A DNA stretch of 64,000 nt from Schmidtea nova. Lineage: Eukaryota. Made by a program: the position numbers and the translations under genes. The stretch lies in NCBI GenBank assembly GCA_044892505.1, contig CM097882.1, positions 161,200,001 through 161,264,000 on the forward strand, in the 5' to 3' direction. Position 1 is the stretch's first letter, and each line of letters starts with the position of its first letter. Positions 43,341 through 56,569 of this stretch are shown in pieces. The notes under the pieces were generated by a model, which ran no database searches, was not told the DNA's origin, and saw only the letters and a list, made by a program, of their open reading frames with translations.

Positions 43341-43829
43341 TAAAGAAAAATGGACGTTCAACTAAGAAATCTTTTTTTTTGATTTTCCCTGACAAAACCT
43401 GAAAGTTTTTGTCATTGTTATTACGGTATCTCATAAGATTTACTTTTCTCATAATATTGTCCTTATGTTTAATAGCAAAATTATTATTGTTGATTTTTAT
43501 TTATATACACTCACAAATAGTAAAATTTATTTATTATATCCCCTTGTAATCACAACATTCAATTAATGATATTTTAATCGCTGTTTTGTTTGAAATTCTT
43601 TTTTTATACTTTTTAATAAAAATTTATTTGGCTTTATTTAATTAATTTATGTATTCTTTTCATTTTTAAATTATTATTACTGTTTTAATAATTCTTAATG
43701 ATTCCAATTTTAATTACCTCTCGTAAAATAAAAGAATCCGAGGTTGAAGTCATAAAATATACAAAATTAATTTAGGAATTATACAACTTGAATATCAATA
43801 GTTTTTTGAGAGGAAGTAGTGGAAATAAT

Positions 43830-44441
43830 TTACGAATTAAAAGGTATATATGATTGTAGAAAAACAATTAATTTAATATAAGCCGGATAAAAATAACATA
43901 TATTCGACATTGACATTGATGGCATCTTTGACAGCCTAGCCCGTTGATTTTGATTGATTTTTCTGGGATTCGGCATTGTTTGCACATTACACATATTGTG
44001 TTTGGGATTCGATGGTTTTTGGTTGAATTCTTTATTGGTTTCAATCTGTATAAACGATTGCGGATTCTGATTATCATCCATTAGAACGACATTGGAAAAT
44101 TCATTAACCTGACTCATATTGCAGCCACTGAAAATCAAAGACTCATTAGGAATGTTTAAGAACGAGAAATATTGGGGATTGTTTTGAAATTGATGGAGTA
44201 AATGAGAATTTGTCATTCCAAGCGGAGTACATAACTTAGATGAAGATTAAAGAATTCCCGTATTCAATGACTGATGATTGTTACTGATACAATCCGATAG
44301 TTTATAAGTATTCGATTCAGATAGCTTCTTTTCATTCGATATTTCCACAGATCTCTTATTCGTCACAACGTTTGGATTTGAAAATATTTCATTTGACTTC
44401 TTTTTTGATTTTGAATTAAAAATAGTGAGTTCTTGGACCAT
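43830..44441 (-). pseudogene. Asn/Ser/Gln-rich reading frame split by one in-frame TAA (44247-44249); host exon or pseudogene
   Basis: The track ORFs 44247-44441 and 43830-44216 share one frame. No recognisable domain. Confidence 0.35.
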
Positions 44442-45447
44442 GTTGGATTTATTTGAAAAAGTATGTCGAAAAAAGTGAATATTAAAACAATGTCATTTAA
44501 ACTCTCATTCGATAAGTATCAAAGTTAATTAATTAAAATAAAAGAAATTTATAATCTAAGGCACTACAATGATAATCTCAAATATAAAGAGATTTTAAGA
44601 ATAATTTCAAAAACTTAAATAAATAATTTAAAATTTGTACCTCACTATTATTAAATGCATGTAAGCAAAATTTCAAGTTTGATAGTATCCTGTCAAATTG
44701 TGGAAAGAGAAAGCAAAATTTTATTTATGAATATGAGTAAACGAGTTTTAGATTACAACCACCATGACTGACGATACTGTTAACTATATAAGGGAAATTA
44801 CATTAAAAAAATTGCCAGTATTTGGTCGAAAATAATTAATTTGAGATAATACAATATATATAAATTATAATATCAAAGTTTTCTAACTCAATAAAATTAT
44901 GGACGTTTATTCATAATTCAATATATGATTTGGTTCGATTTTCTAACACCAGAATACTTTTCCTAATGTCCAATTTGAGTCTGGCTCGTACAATTTTTAT
45001 GTTTATTTTTATTTTTTCCTGTAGTATTTAATAAATAAAATTCTTTATTTTGCTGTAATAAAATTTCTTTTAAATAATCTTTTCAGGCACATAATTAATT
45101 TTAATAATAATTTTAATAATAATAATCTATTTAAGTAAAACTACAAGTTGTTAAATCTAAAATTATTCATAGCTTTTAAATCGGCTTAATGAAGTTCAGT
45201 CATCCATATAATTTATTTTTATAATTATATTTCAATTCAATAAAGCTCATTTCGATAAAAACAAAATCTGAATTTCCCAAGTAAAAGTAATGGGAATCTT
45301 AGAAATATTTGTCATAAAAAAATCAAAAGTCTTTAAAAACAGAAGCTCTAAAATAAAAGAAATAACTTCAAGGCTGAAGGATAATGTAATTGGAGTTCAG
45401 AACATTACAAATACAAATACACATAAAAATGTTTCTTGTTTTTAATT

Positions 45448-45675
45448 TCAATAATATTTCTCCTTTCCGTAACTGTCATATCCGTATTTGTCATATTTGT
45501 CATATTTCTCAACTTTATGGTATTTGTCGTGCTTTCCATATTTGTCGTATTTTTCATGCTTTCCGTATTTATCGTATGTGTCGTATTTGTCCTTCTTTTC
45601 GTATTTGTCGTACTTTTCATAGTATTCTTCTGCAATGACCATAGCGACGAGAAGTGCCAAAATGAAGAGCTTCAT
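45448..45675 (-). CDS. Secreted Tyr/Lys/Asp-rich repeat peptide, eggshell-protein-like (copy 2)
   Basis: Near-identical to 22753-22974 (D16E plus a 2-aa GY insertion); shared flanks and TATA at 45722-45729. Confidence 0.85.
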   Translation of the reverse strand: MKLFILALLVAMVIAEEYYEKYDKYEKKDKYDTYDKYGKHEKYDKYGKHDKYHKVEKYDKYDKYGYDSYGKEKYY

Positions 45676-47399
45676 GTTTGATTGAGAAGATTTGTGTGTT
45701 TTGGCTGTAGATTTTCAAAGGTATTTATATGGTTATTGAAAGAAATTTTAAATCGACCTTTGATGTTACAATCTTTTATTACAATCTATTGTTACAAGTT
45801 GTTATTCAAAACTTTAATCTCTCTATAGCTAATCTGATAATTTTTGGAATTTTTAAGCAAAAAACCTTTACTTGGATTTTTTGAGATTTACCGACTGTAA
45901 TGAAAATACTAAAGAAGCAAATTACAACTTATTAAGTTTATTTGATTATTTCAACTTTAACTATATTTTTGTGTTAATTTTAAAATTGACTTAAAATTTT
46001 TAATTTAAGACAAATATTTTGGATTTAGATAAAATAATAGAACAATATGAAATTATTTTTTTGAATTGAATTATGACTAATAACAATAATTTAATCAAAA
46101 AATAATTATAATAATTATTTTTGAATATTAACGTTTAGTACTAACGCCTGACTCCTCGTTCTCTTTATTTAAAATTAACAAATCACCTAGCACAATCACT
46201 TTTATTTGATAAAGCATAATAATTTATACTGTCAATAACACTTTTGCCTATTCTCTCGCCGCGCTAGGGTGAATGTCCAAATGAAAAATAATCTTTTTTT
46301 TGTACACAGAATGTATTCGATTTCCTGATGCTACTACACTGTCTTCGGTTCTTTAACTTTTTTTCTTCTAATATTTTGAACGTCTGTTCGACCAACTAGC
46401 AACTTTCATAATTTTATCTGAGTTTTTATAATGACTCCTGTCGCTCGAGTTGACTGGGCTGTAATTTGAATTTTGACGGCAATCACTAGTTTTATATTTA
46501 TATTGAGAACTTAATCAAATTACTTCTGGAGCTTTCCTTAAAATAGATTAAATCATTTTGTTGATCCCTGAGGTTCATCTTATCACTCGGGTTTTTCATT
46601 TGACCACGGGATTTTTCGATTATTACTTAAGTCGATGGTAATTGAGTTAGTTGTTATTCACCAGGGTTTCTTCTAAATCATCCAATTTTTCAGGGTAAGT
46701 AGATAAATTTGTTGATGACTCGGGTTTTCATTAGGTAATTAGTTTTTTAATTAGTTTGTTTTCTTAATATTTATTTCTGAGGGCCCCTCTTTTTTTGTCT
46801 TTGTAACATTATCAACGTTTCATTGTCTATTTTAATTTAACCAAATGCGTCAAATGCTTTTTTTTCATAATTCTTTGAAATCTTATTTCAAAACTTTATA
46901 ATTAATTTTACTTTAAAATAATTTACTTGAAATCAGTTTTTTGAAATTTTACCCACACTCAGATTTCCCAAACAATTTAGTATTTATTTTTAAAATTTTC
47001 AATTATATCATTTCAACTTGGAGTTTGCCTTATTTTATCCTTTTTTATTAATTTTTAAATATTATGTCTTTGAAAAATTCTCCATGTTTTATATTTTAAT
47101 TTACCCACATATTTCATAAATTTAGTACTTTTAAATTTAATACAAAAATTTATAATAATTTTACTTTTAAATTTACTTGAAATTAGTTTTTTAAATTTTA
47201 TCAACTCTCAGATTTGCCAAAAAAATAATTTAGTATTTATTTTTTTGAATATTCACATTGTCATTTCAACTCTGAGCTTGCTTTATTTTTCATTACTTTT
47301 TAAATATCGTGTTATTATTATGTATTTGTGCTTTATTGTCTATTCAAACATTTTTAATTTAACCACATGTTTAATACACCTTTTCTTAAATTGAGTACT

Positions 47400-48020
47400 T
47401 TAAAATTTCAGTTCAAAATTACCAGAGTCAACCCTTTTTTGTCTTTAGAAATTTGTGAGATTAGAAAATTCTGTAAAAAAATACCAGATTCCCTTTTTGA
47501 CTGAACAAATAGCGAGAGTAGAAAATCCTATACAAAATATTTGAAATCTATTTTACTTGTTTAAAATATTTACCCGTGTTTTCTATTTACCATAAAAATT
47601 TCTATTAAAAAATTCCAGTTCAAAATTACCAGATTCCTATTTTTGTATGAAGAAACTATGAAAGTAGAAAATCATGTACAAAATACTGAGAGCAAAATTT
47701 TCTGTTCAAAATATAGGTACCAAAAATCCTTGTTCAAAATTACCAGAGCATCTTTTTGCCTGAGAAAAATCTGAGAGTTGAAAATCTTATACAAAAATGC
47801 CAGACCAAAAAATTCAATACAAAATCTTAGATCAAAATTCATTATAGAAAATATCAGTTCTTTTTTTACCCGAGAAAAAAATATGAGAGTTGAAAATCCT
47901 ATTCAAAAATAGCAGACTAATGTTCACCTTTCAATTCTCAGTAGATTGATATAAAAATTATTGAATTCTAATAATTTTTTTAATTTCGGAAATTGCCAGA
48001 GTCGACCTTTTTACGTGTAA
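47400..48020. repeat. Degenerate tandem array (AAAATTACCAGA...GAGAGTTGAAAATC units)
   Basis: Motifs recur about every 60-120 bp. Confidence 0.6.
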
Positions 48021-48699
48021 AATTTGGTCGGACGAGACAAATCTTTCGAGTTTTTATATATTGTTAATCACAATAAGTATTTAAACAAATCCTAACAAAG
48101 AAGGAATTTTTCGATAAATTATTTCAATTTTATATTTTGTGTTATTCAAAATAATCTCATTACAAAATCTGAATTATACTAAAATTCGTTAAGTAATTTG
48201 AAACTCTTGTCAAAATTTTATCTGTTATAATTCAATTTTAGTATTAATTGATAATTTCAAAATGAAACTGGAATAAAAATATTTTTTCATGTTTTTACTT
48301 TTTGACCCGTTTTTGTTCGCGATTCAATTCTCAGTATATTGGTATAAAAATTAATTGATTTTGAAGATTTTTGAAAGTTTTTGGAAAAATGTTGAAAAAA
48401 TTAATTAATTTTTTATTTTTTATAAAAAATTATCAAAAAATAAACAAAAAATTATTAATTTTCAATATTATATCATAAATTACGTAATAATTAAGCTGCT
48501 CATGTTTTAAAAAATTACTATACAAGAGTTATACAAATGTATATTTATTATATAATAAATAAAGCATTATGCAGTGATTGCATAACATGTAAAGTATTAT
48601 AGAATTATCATGTAATATGTAAAGTATTACGTAATCTTGGGCGGGCGGGGGTGAACTGTAAAAATCTTGTTATAAATACAGTTTAGGGATAAATGGCTT

Positions 48700-48870
48700 G
48701 TGCTTCTCCGCTCACTATCCCTACCCCAAAATTTAGGAGAATGAACATATCCAGAAAGAAGTGGAAAGTCAATTGGAAATAATTTCATATTGGAGTGATC
48801 AGGATCTTTTTAAGATCGAAATATTTCATTTAAATAAACATTGAGAAGAAGGCTTAACATTGTTGCCTTA

Positions 48871-48903
<33 letters not shown>

Positions 48904-49841
48904 CGTCTTTGTAATGCAGTAGACCGTGACAAAGAGACAATATTTACAGCAAAAAAGTTATTGAAACAAGTTAATTTTGAAATCTTGCTTTGCTTAGAAT
49001 ATTGGAACTTAATTCTTAATAATACTAACTGAGTCAAAGCAAATCTATGTGTTTATCTCAAGCTTTGGATCTATTGAAAGTTTTATCAGAAACCTTAACT
49101 GATATTCAACAAAATAAGAATTATCAAATCTTTAAAACCGCTGAGGAAAAAGCAAAGAATTTGAACATATTGCCGAATTTCATAGATAGTCGCTTTAGAA
49201 AGCCAAATCCGAAATATACAAATGCAGATACTGTCTGCATATTATCTAAAAAAAGAAATATTTTTCTGTGAAATTGACAAGGTATTTGAGACATTACATT
49301 AAAATATAAATTCTAGATATTCAGAAATCATTCTTATAAATTTTGAAAGTCACCAAAAATCTCTTTGAAGCTGATTCTAAAGACCTTCAAAATGCAGCAA
49401 CAAATTTGGCGATAAAATATAGAAATGATTTAAATGTTGAAGAATTAATAGTACTAAATATCTCACAGCAGAACATTTTAAACAAAATTTTCACTCTCCA
49501 CTGCAGCTTCTTCAATTTATTTACAATTTGGATATGAAAGAATCATCCAAATGTTGAAATAATATTATGAATATTTCTAACATTACCGGTGACATCTCCT
49601 TCTTGCGAGAGAGCATTCAGCAAAATGAAATTAATCAAAAATTATTTAAGATCGGCAATAGGCCAAGAAAGATTAACTAATTTAAGTATTTTATCTATAG
49701 AATTTGATGTAACTAATAGTCTAAGTTTTGACGATGTAATTGATAAATTTTCCAGCCTGAAAGCAAGAAAAAGAAAATTTTAATAGTGCTTCTATATTTG
49801 TCATTTTTTTGTTCGTATTTTTTCAGTTTCCCATGGGCGCC

Positions 49842-49843
<2 letters not shown>
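48700..49843 (+). pseudogene. hAT transposase 3' remnant (ZMYM1-like) with dimerisation domain
   Basis: LTLPVTSPSCERAFSKMKLIKNYLRSAIGQERLTNLSILSIE; frameshifted upstream. Confidence 0.88.
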
Positions 49844-49900
<57 letters not shown>

Positions 49901-51916
49901 GAGAGAGAGAGAGATTCGAGGTCAAATCTAAATTAAAGGGGGATGAATGTTAAGTTTTAATAAAATTAGTCAAATACAAAAATAAAGTGCATAAAAATTA
50001 TTAAAAATTAATAAAAATATAAAATTTTGAAAATTAATTAAATATTTTGAAAATTTGAAAATAGAGATTTAGGGGGGAAATTGGTATGGGTATATGTCGA
50101 ATTGTGAGACGAATCCAAAAATGGTAAAATGAAATTAATAGGGTCCCTAGAAGAAAAGAATTGAAAAATTAATAAATTAATTAACAGTTAATTAACTAAT
50201 TGGAAACCCGAGCCAATGAAGAACACAAATAATGTGGGAAGCCCAGATGAGCAGCGGTACAGGTAATTATCCCCGAAAAAATTAATTTTAAGGGAAACTC
50301 GAAAAACACAATTGACGGAGGGATAACTGGTAGTTTTAGTTTAAATAGAAAATGCCAAATCGGCAAACACCACCAGACAGTTTTATCAGATAGTGAAAAT
50401 CCATCAAAATGAGCAATATAAAAATGAGAGGCAAATCGCAAAGTTTGGCAAATTGGTCGAAAACAAAAGGTGAGTAAACGATATTAATAACGTCGCTTAA
50501 TTTTCTTTCCTCTCGCCTTCTACAAGTTGGGCCCGCCAAATAGGCCAAAGCAACAACAATAAGACAAAAAGTTAAAATAATAATAAAATAATAAACACAG
50601 AAATAGCAATAAAGGAAAATTAAAAATAGAAATAAAATAGTAAATAACATTTAATAAATTTCCAGTAAAAGGAAATTTTAAAAATAAAACGGTACAAGCA
50701 GTAAAAGGGGGCCTGAAATAAGAAAATTAGGAATTAAATAAATTAATAGTACAAGTAATTGATTAATTACTTGAAAAACCAGTACCACCCAGCGAGAAAC
50801 CGGAAAAGGAAATAAAATAATATTTAGATTTAAATAAAATAGTAAAAACACTTTGATGGACGGTCTGATCCTGATTGGTCACTCTGACCAGCCGGATCAG
50901 TATAAATACCGATCCAAAAATCACAACTTTTAACAAACACAAACTTTTTAATTTTTGCGAAACACTGGTTAACTGTTTAAAACACACGTTCTCACAACTG
51001 TTACAGAAACCTTTTTCTCAAGCGTAAACCTAGACGTAACGTATTTTCGAAATATTCATTGAAAACTAGTGGAGGATATCATCTGGAAATTAAGGAGTAA
51101 ATTTTTACTTTGTTTTATGTTGTAAATTTATATTGTTGTACCATGATTGTCATTTATAAATTATAATTTTATATCTAAATTTTTAATTTTTATTATTCAT
51201 ATTTATGCATATAGTTATGCTTCCTAGGCTACTCACGCGGCAAGGGAGTCCGAGTCGTCGTTGTGGGGCTTCACGGTCTCACATGGCGGTTCCACATTTT
51301 ATGAAGTCATAAAACCATTTTATAATTATATTATTTTATCGACAAGTTTGCGTTCAATAATTTTCTGAATTTCGGTTGCACAGAGGACGTGGCGCGGAGA
51401 GCGGTAGGAAATGCTTAGAAAGTTGCCAGAAAGTGTGAGGCACCCGACAGACGTTATGTACTGACACCCAGGGGAATGGTAAAATCGAGTGATTTTTGAT
51501 CTCAAGAGATCGAGTAAGGTGAGTAAAAACACAAAGTATCGAACGAAATCGATCCAACCGGAAATTTGCATCGGAGATCAAAGTACGGGATCGACAGTTA
51601 AATATATCGAGACGGATAAAATTTACATTAAAAATCAGATGACATAATTAAAATCGTGTGAGATGGAAAATCTAAATAACATTATAAATAACTTTATGCC
51701 GATCGCTGTACATAGCGCGGTAATCCAAATCAATATTATCCTGATCGCCGTACATGGCGCAGGGAGAACTAAAATACATTATTCCGACCGTGGTATATCG
51801 CGGCGCTGACAAATTGATTTAATAATATTTTCCTTTTTCCTTAGTTACGATCAGTTAACTGAAATAATTCTTGTATTGAATAAAACCTGTTTTACAATCC
51901 TTTAATAAAATAATAG

Positions 51917-52399
51917 ATGCCGGCAGCCGATTTAATGGAAAAATTGACCCAGGTCCGGAATTCAGAAAAAGAGAGCATGGAAAGTAGATGGGCTACCCAA
52001 CTCAAGGAGTTTCCCCCACCGATTTTGCGTACCATTAACGCACAGGTATATAAGTGGCGGCGCGAATTTAATCGAATATGCCCGTTTTCCATCTGGGTTG
52101 GAGGAAAAGATCGAATCATCTACCGGGGAGGGCCGGATTGGCCACTCACAGAGAAAGGCTACTCCAGCAAATTTGGACGACTGATTATCTTGATCCATGA
52201 TGCCGACGAACAGCCATACCGACTCATCTACTGGGGACACATCCCTCGCAAGGAACTGTGCAAGTTAGGATTACAAGCGTTCATACCGCGGAAATCTTTT
52301 GGAAGAGAATGCCAGGATGGACAACCTCCATGGTCATGGGCCCAGCTTAGAAAAATGCCGATTAATCATGAAATGCACAGTCTATTTCGACGACCCTAA
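51917..52399 (+). CDS. Orphan 160-aa protein
   Basis: GC-richer than the flanks; AG acceptor directly before the ATG; AATAAA at ~52431. Confidence 0.65.
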   Translation: MPAADLMEKLTQVRNSEKESMESRWATQLKEFPPPILRTINAQVYKWRREFNRICPFSIWVGGKDRIIYRGGPDWPLTEKGYSSKFGRLIILIHDADEQPYRLIYWGHIPRKELCKLGLQAFIPRKSFGRECQDGQPPWSWAQLRKMPINHEMHSLFRRP

Positions 52400-52559
52400 T
52401 TCTGACGATTTAATAATGATAATTAGTTTAATAAAGATCGTAGTGTTGATTATTTGTCTTTGTTGTATTTTGTCCTGACAATAATTAGTTAATTTTGTAA
52501 TTCTAAATAATGCTTTAACGTAAGAGTAACAAACTATTAAATCTGAATAAATTGCAGAA

Positions 52560-53156
52560 ATGAACCTAGAATCAACGCAGAGAGAACTCGAAAAGATGTG
52601 GCGAATCAGGAGAGCCCAGGATAAGGAGTTGGGCCTTCTCAAAGAACAATTGGCCAAGGCTGAAGCGCAAATCGCCTATTTACGTAAAAGCTGGTTTGCT
52701 CCGGCTCGGATGAAGGAGCAGATCGGGAAGATGGAGCGCGCCCAACGGACAGCGGATGACTACAGAATGGAATGGGAAGCTACGAAAATCGAGCTTCGTA
52801 AGTGCCTGCATTCGGTAACAGCTTCCTACATCGAACGGGAGCTAAAGGACCAAATCCGACCGGTAACCTACCAGGAATGGACGGCGGAGAAAAAATTGGG
52901 AACTTCAATAGGCACGGACGTCGACGGTCTCATCAAAACCAGCAACGAACCAACTCCATCAATCAACCTTACCACTCAAATCGTCAGTACCCATCAGAAA
53001 CGCAAACGCATAGAACAGAAAAGTCGTCGACAAAGAAAGCTGTTTGCCCAAAAGCTGCAGAATCAAATCGAAGCTCTGCACAAATTATCTGAGGAAGAAT
53101 TACTAAACGAAGTATTTCCCCCAGAAGGAATTTTTAGCAGTGCAATAGACAAATAA
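52560..53156 (+). CDS. Orphan 198-aa coiled-coil protein with basic NLS-like stretch
   Basis: Heptad-like N-half, KRKR...KSRRQRK; CAG acceptor 1 nt before the ATG; AATAAA downstream. Confidence 0.7.
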   Translation: MNLESTQRELEKMWRIRRAQDKELGLLKEQLAKAEAQIAYLRKSWFAPARMKEQIGKMERAQRTADDYRMEWEATKIELRKCLHSVTASYIERELKDQIRPVTYQEWTAEKKLGTSIGTDVDGLIKTSNEPTPSINLTTQIVSTHQKRKRIEQKSRRQRKLFAQKLQNQIEALHKLSEEELLNEVFPPEGIFSSAIDK

Positions 53157-55454
53157 ATGAGAGTTTTGAATTATTATCGTCCTTGTTATGTTCTCAATTT
53201 AGTTAAATAATAAATCTAAAGTAAATAAATAATCATAAGGGCACCAAATTAGAAAACTGCATGAAAATTTTATTATAATAAAGATCAATTCTCCAGATTT
53301 TAGTGTGAATTACATAGCATACCATTAAAGCGTAAGTCCTTCTAACGGCAGCAATGAACCCGTAAACATAAATGGGCAGTAGTACTAGCGATAGTGCTCA
53401 CCTGCCCATCATTGTTTAACCACCCTGCGCATTTCCAACTTGATTATCCAGGGAAATAATCAAGGGCGCTTAAGTGTATAGTTGCACATTTTATGCATGA
53501 TCATGGATGAGGGATCCCTAGTCATTGTTAGAACATTTTTCATCTAACCCCTCCATGAACCCAGCATACATAATTTAATAAAACAATGATATGAATGCTC
53601 TTAACCGACTGTTGGGTCTTAGCACCTCCAACCGATCGGGAACTCGTGGCGTATGCACCAACAGAGCTCCTCCTAAAATCAGCTTGATTGGGAATCATTT
53701 GAACAAGCATGATAATATTAACCTAAAAACAAAATTATGATTTAAAGGTTTATTAAAGACTTTCAAATGTACAGCTTAGATAAAAGTTAAAGCCTACGTT
53801 CGATTCGCTCCACTGAAAAAGCTCAATCGTCGCTAGCTAGTAAAATAATCCAAAAATACAAGTTGAATTGTTTGTCCGCGACCAGTAAATAAGTAAGTAA
53901 AAATTATGATTTTTAGCGTCTATTTATACTGTCTTTTGTGACACCTACGCATTTTGTTAATCAAACAAGAATGTTTGCAATTTAATTTATATGTTTATTG
54001 TAATAATTAACTTATTTATTTTAGTAAATGATTATTTATTTATTTTTCGTAAATTTAATTTATAATTTGTTTTATTTATTTTCCAAATATTTATTCTTAA
54101 TTCTATTAAATAATGTATGTGTCCACTTTTTGCGAGCGTTATTCAATTGATTAAAACAATCTACTTTCATTTTAATTCTATTTTTATTCCTATCTCTGTT
54201 ATTTTTACGATATTTCAGTGGGGATTTCGTCTATAATTTTTATAACTTAATCTCTTTATTTTAATACCAATTTTATTCTGTGATAATGCTTTTTTAATTC
54301 TATATACAAGCAATGATATCCACCATTCAATTCTCATGCGAACCTTCGTATGTAAATTAGATCTACACTCAAATTGTGTGCTTTCTTCTGAGATGCTTCT
54401 TTTCTATCGTTTCAATCTTATCTCGAACGACTTATGAAATATGGTTCCTATAACTACTATTTGTACTTAATGCTTTTATGTATTATCGTGCACTTTGAAT
54501 TAGTTTCTTTTTACGTACATTTAATTTTTGAGGCGAAGAATTTTTACATAAACCTCGGGGTACTGTATCTGAATGGGACATATTTTACTCCTAAATAAGA
54601 AAGAAATGAAAGTTACCAGTTGAAACATGAATAAGTATGTGGCAAATATCAAAACTACATCATTCTCCTTTCCGTTAATTAACACGTTCTATTCCTATTA
54701 ATTTTATAATTTTTGATAAAGGGAAGAACAAGGAAGTATAAAGAATAACATTTTAAATTTAATATATAAAAATAAATTTCTAAAATAAATACTTCAAATT
54801 TCACAGTTTAATTAAATTTATGTTAAAAATCTAAAAGTCTGGTATTTATCATAGCCAATGCAAATAGCATAGCCAAGTTTCAACAATTCCTAGTTTGAGG
54901 GACACTCTGATAATTATATTTAGCTTGAAAATTTGATTGGAATAATTATGAATAAATTTAAAAAATTTCCAATAATTCTTTTCATTAAAAAATGAACTAA
55001 ACAAATATTTATGTGTATCTTTCATTTTTAAACAAAAATATTTTTAGTTAATGCCAAAAAAATTATTTCATTTGTTTTAGTAAACCATTAACATTATTAA
55101 TTTATAATTAATCATAGCTTTGATATTTTATGGTGATCATTTTTAATTTATATTTTATATTTGTTTTAGTGAAAAGTGTTTTTATATTGATTTATTAATT
55201 TTATTTCTGAAAATTTAAATCTAAACCGAAACTCAAAATTATTAAATTTTCTGGTTATTTCTATGACCTTTTATAATCTAGATCTTTTGATTTTTAATTA
55301 ACCATGGGTACCTATTACTAAATAATGTTGGTTTTGTGGGTCAGTGCTGACGTCTAAACAAGAGGTGGGCGTCATCTCCAAAATTGCAAATCTCTAGTAT
55401 TACCGCGTAAACAGATGTTATAGGAAGACGGACAACAATCTGTAATATCTGGAG

Positions 55455-55740
55455 AGTAGGTAGAATTGTAGACGATGAGTCATAACCAAATTAAAATTGA
55501 GCGATCCCCCTTTATTTTCTTCATTTACACACGATAACGTCATCATAAATTTTAAATTGACTAATTACTCGATGTAATATTAAATTTTTATTTTAAAATA
55601 TATTTAAGGACAAAGGTCATCTTAAGGTCAAGGTCAAATTAAAAAAAAAATTTTAACTTGATTGCATATCTACTGCAACTTCATTAATATTATTATTACT
55701 ATAGTGATTATTTTTATTTGTTCAAACAAAACTATAAGAT
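55455..55740 (+). mobile_element. Possible second AGTAGGTAG-type element terminus
   Basis: Same 9-mer as at 24886, followed by TGAGTCA and AGGTCA motifs. No partner end seen. Confidence 0.3.
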
Positions 55741-55895
55741 CTAATAGAGACATACTTAACAAATTCTAAAAACAAGTCTTAAAAACAATTACTAAAAAGT
55801 TTACTACAATTAACAAAGTCAAATAAACAAGAACTAAAAATTAACAAAAACAAATAAACTATGAAAACATTTATTAAAAATCACATTTACATTTA

Positions 55896-56144
55896 TTAAC
55901 ATTTTTTACACTCCTTTCGGATCAACCGTTCATGGTGTTTCTGCGTCCTATATATGCAACTTTCACATATATAGACACACATGATGTTGGCACTGCAAGT
56001 GGGTAGATCATCATCTAAATTGCGCAGATGATCTATCAATACTGCATTGACGTCAATCCATGTTATTGTCAGTATCTTGTAAGGCAACAGCTCAGGATCA
56101 CAAAAGACCAATATCCTCATCAGCTTCGAGTATAGATCCTCCAT
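55896..56144 (-). CDS. Small Cys-rich orphan ORF (possibly a last exon)
   Basis: ORF track; CxxC pairs; candidate acceptors upstream. Confidence 0.35.
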   Translation of the reverse strand: MEDLYSKLMRILVFCDPELLPYKILTITWIDVNAVLIDHLRNLDDDLPTCSANIMCVYICESCIYRTQKHHERLIRKECKKC

Positions 56145-56569
56145 CTTGGCAATCAGAGCTCCTATTAGTTTATCTAAATTTTCATCGTCTAAATTACTAA
56201 AAACTAAATCCTAATAAAAAATTACATACAAGTCATATTTAAGAAAATGATATACCAATCATATTTAAATAAAAAATACTATCTGATAAAAAATGACATA
56301 CAAGTCACATTTAAGAAAAATAAAAATCAATGAAATTTATAACAGATTTTTTAAAAAATTATATTTATTAATATAACATCATGCCTTCATTATCATCGCC
56401 TGGGAAATCTGGAAGGGCATACAAGTCCCTAGGCATCTCATCTCTCCAGGTCGGTATATCGTCATTCGGCCTTACACCTGTATCATCTATAATAGTGTCA
56501 TCCTTTTTATAATGCCCATACACCAAACTTTATTTTTCCCAATCCAATTTCTCTTATCATCAACGCTTT

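Larger units (their letters stand above)
50064..53890 (+). mobile_element. Probable solo/3' LTR-like module of another giant retroelement carrying two ORFs
   Basis: PPT-like AGGGGGGAAA followed by TGGT at 50082, TATAAATA at 50901, a structured distal block and a possible ACCA end at 53884. Length is similar to the main LTR. No TSD found; ends are uncertain. Confidence 0.4.

Noticed and set aside
1474-44249. Alternative genetic code (TAA as sense), suggested by three single in-frame TAA codons (1474, 27981, 44247)
   Set aside because: TAA is the normal terminator of other ORFs here (13997, 61585), and the 8-kb ORF1 has no internal TAA. Point mutations or errors suffice.
53420-53500. Homology between this block and the U5 block at 17270-17330
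   Set aside because: Only scattered short matches, and in opposite orientation relative to the inferred transcripts.
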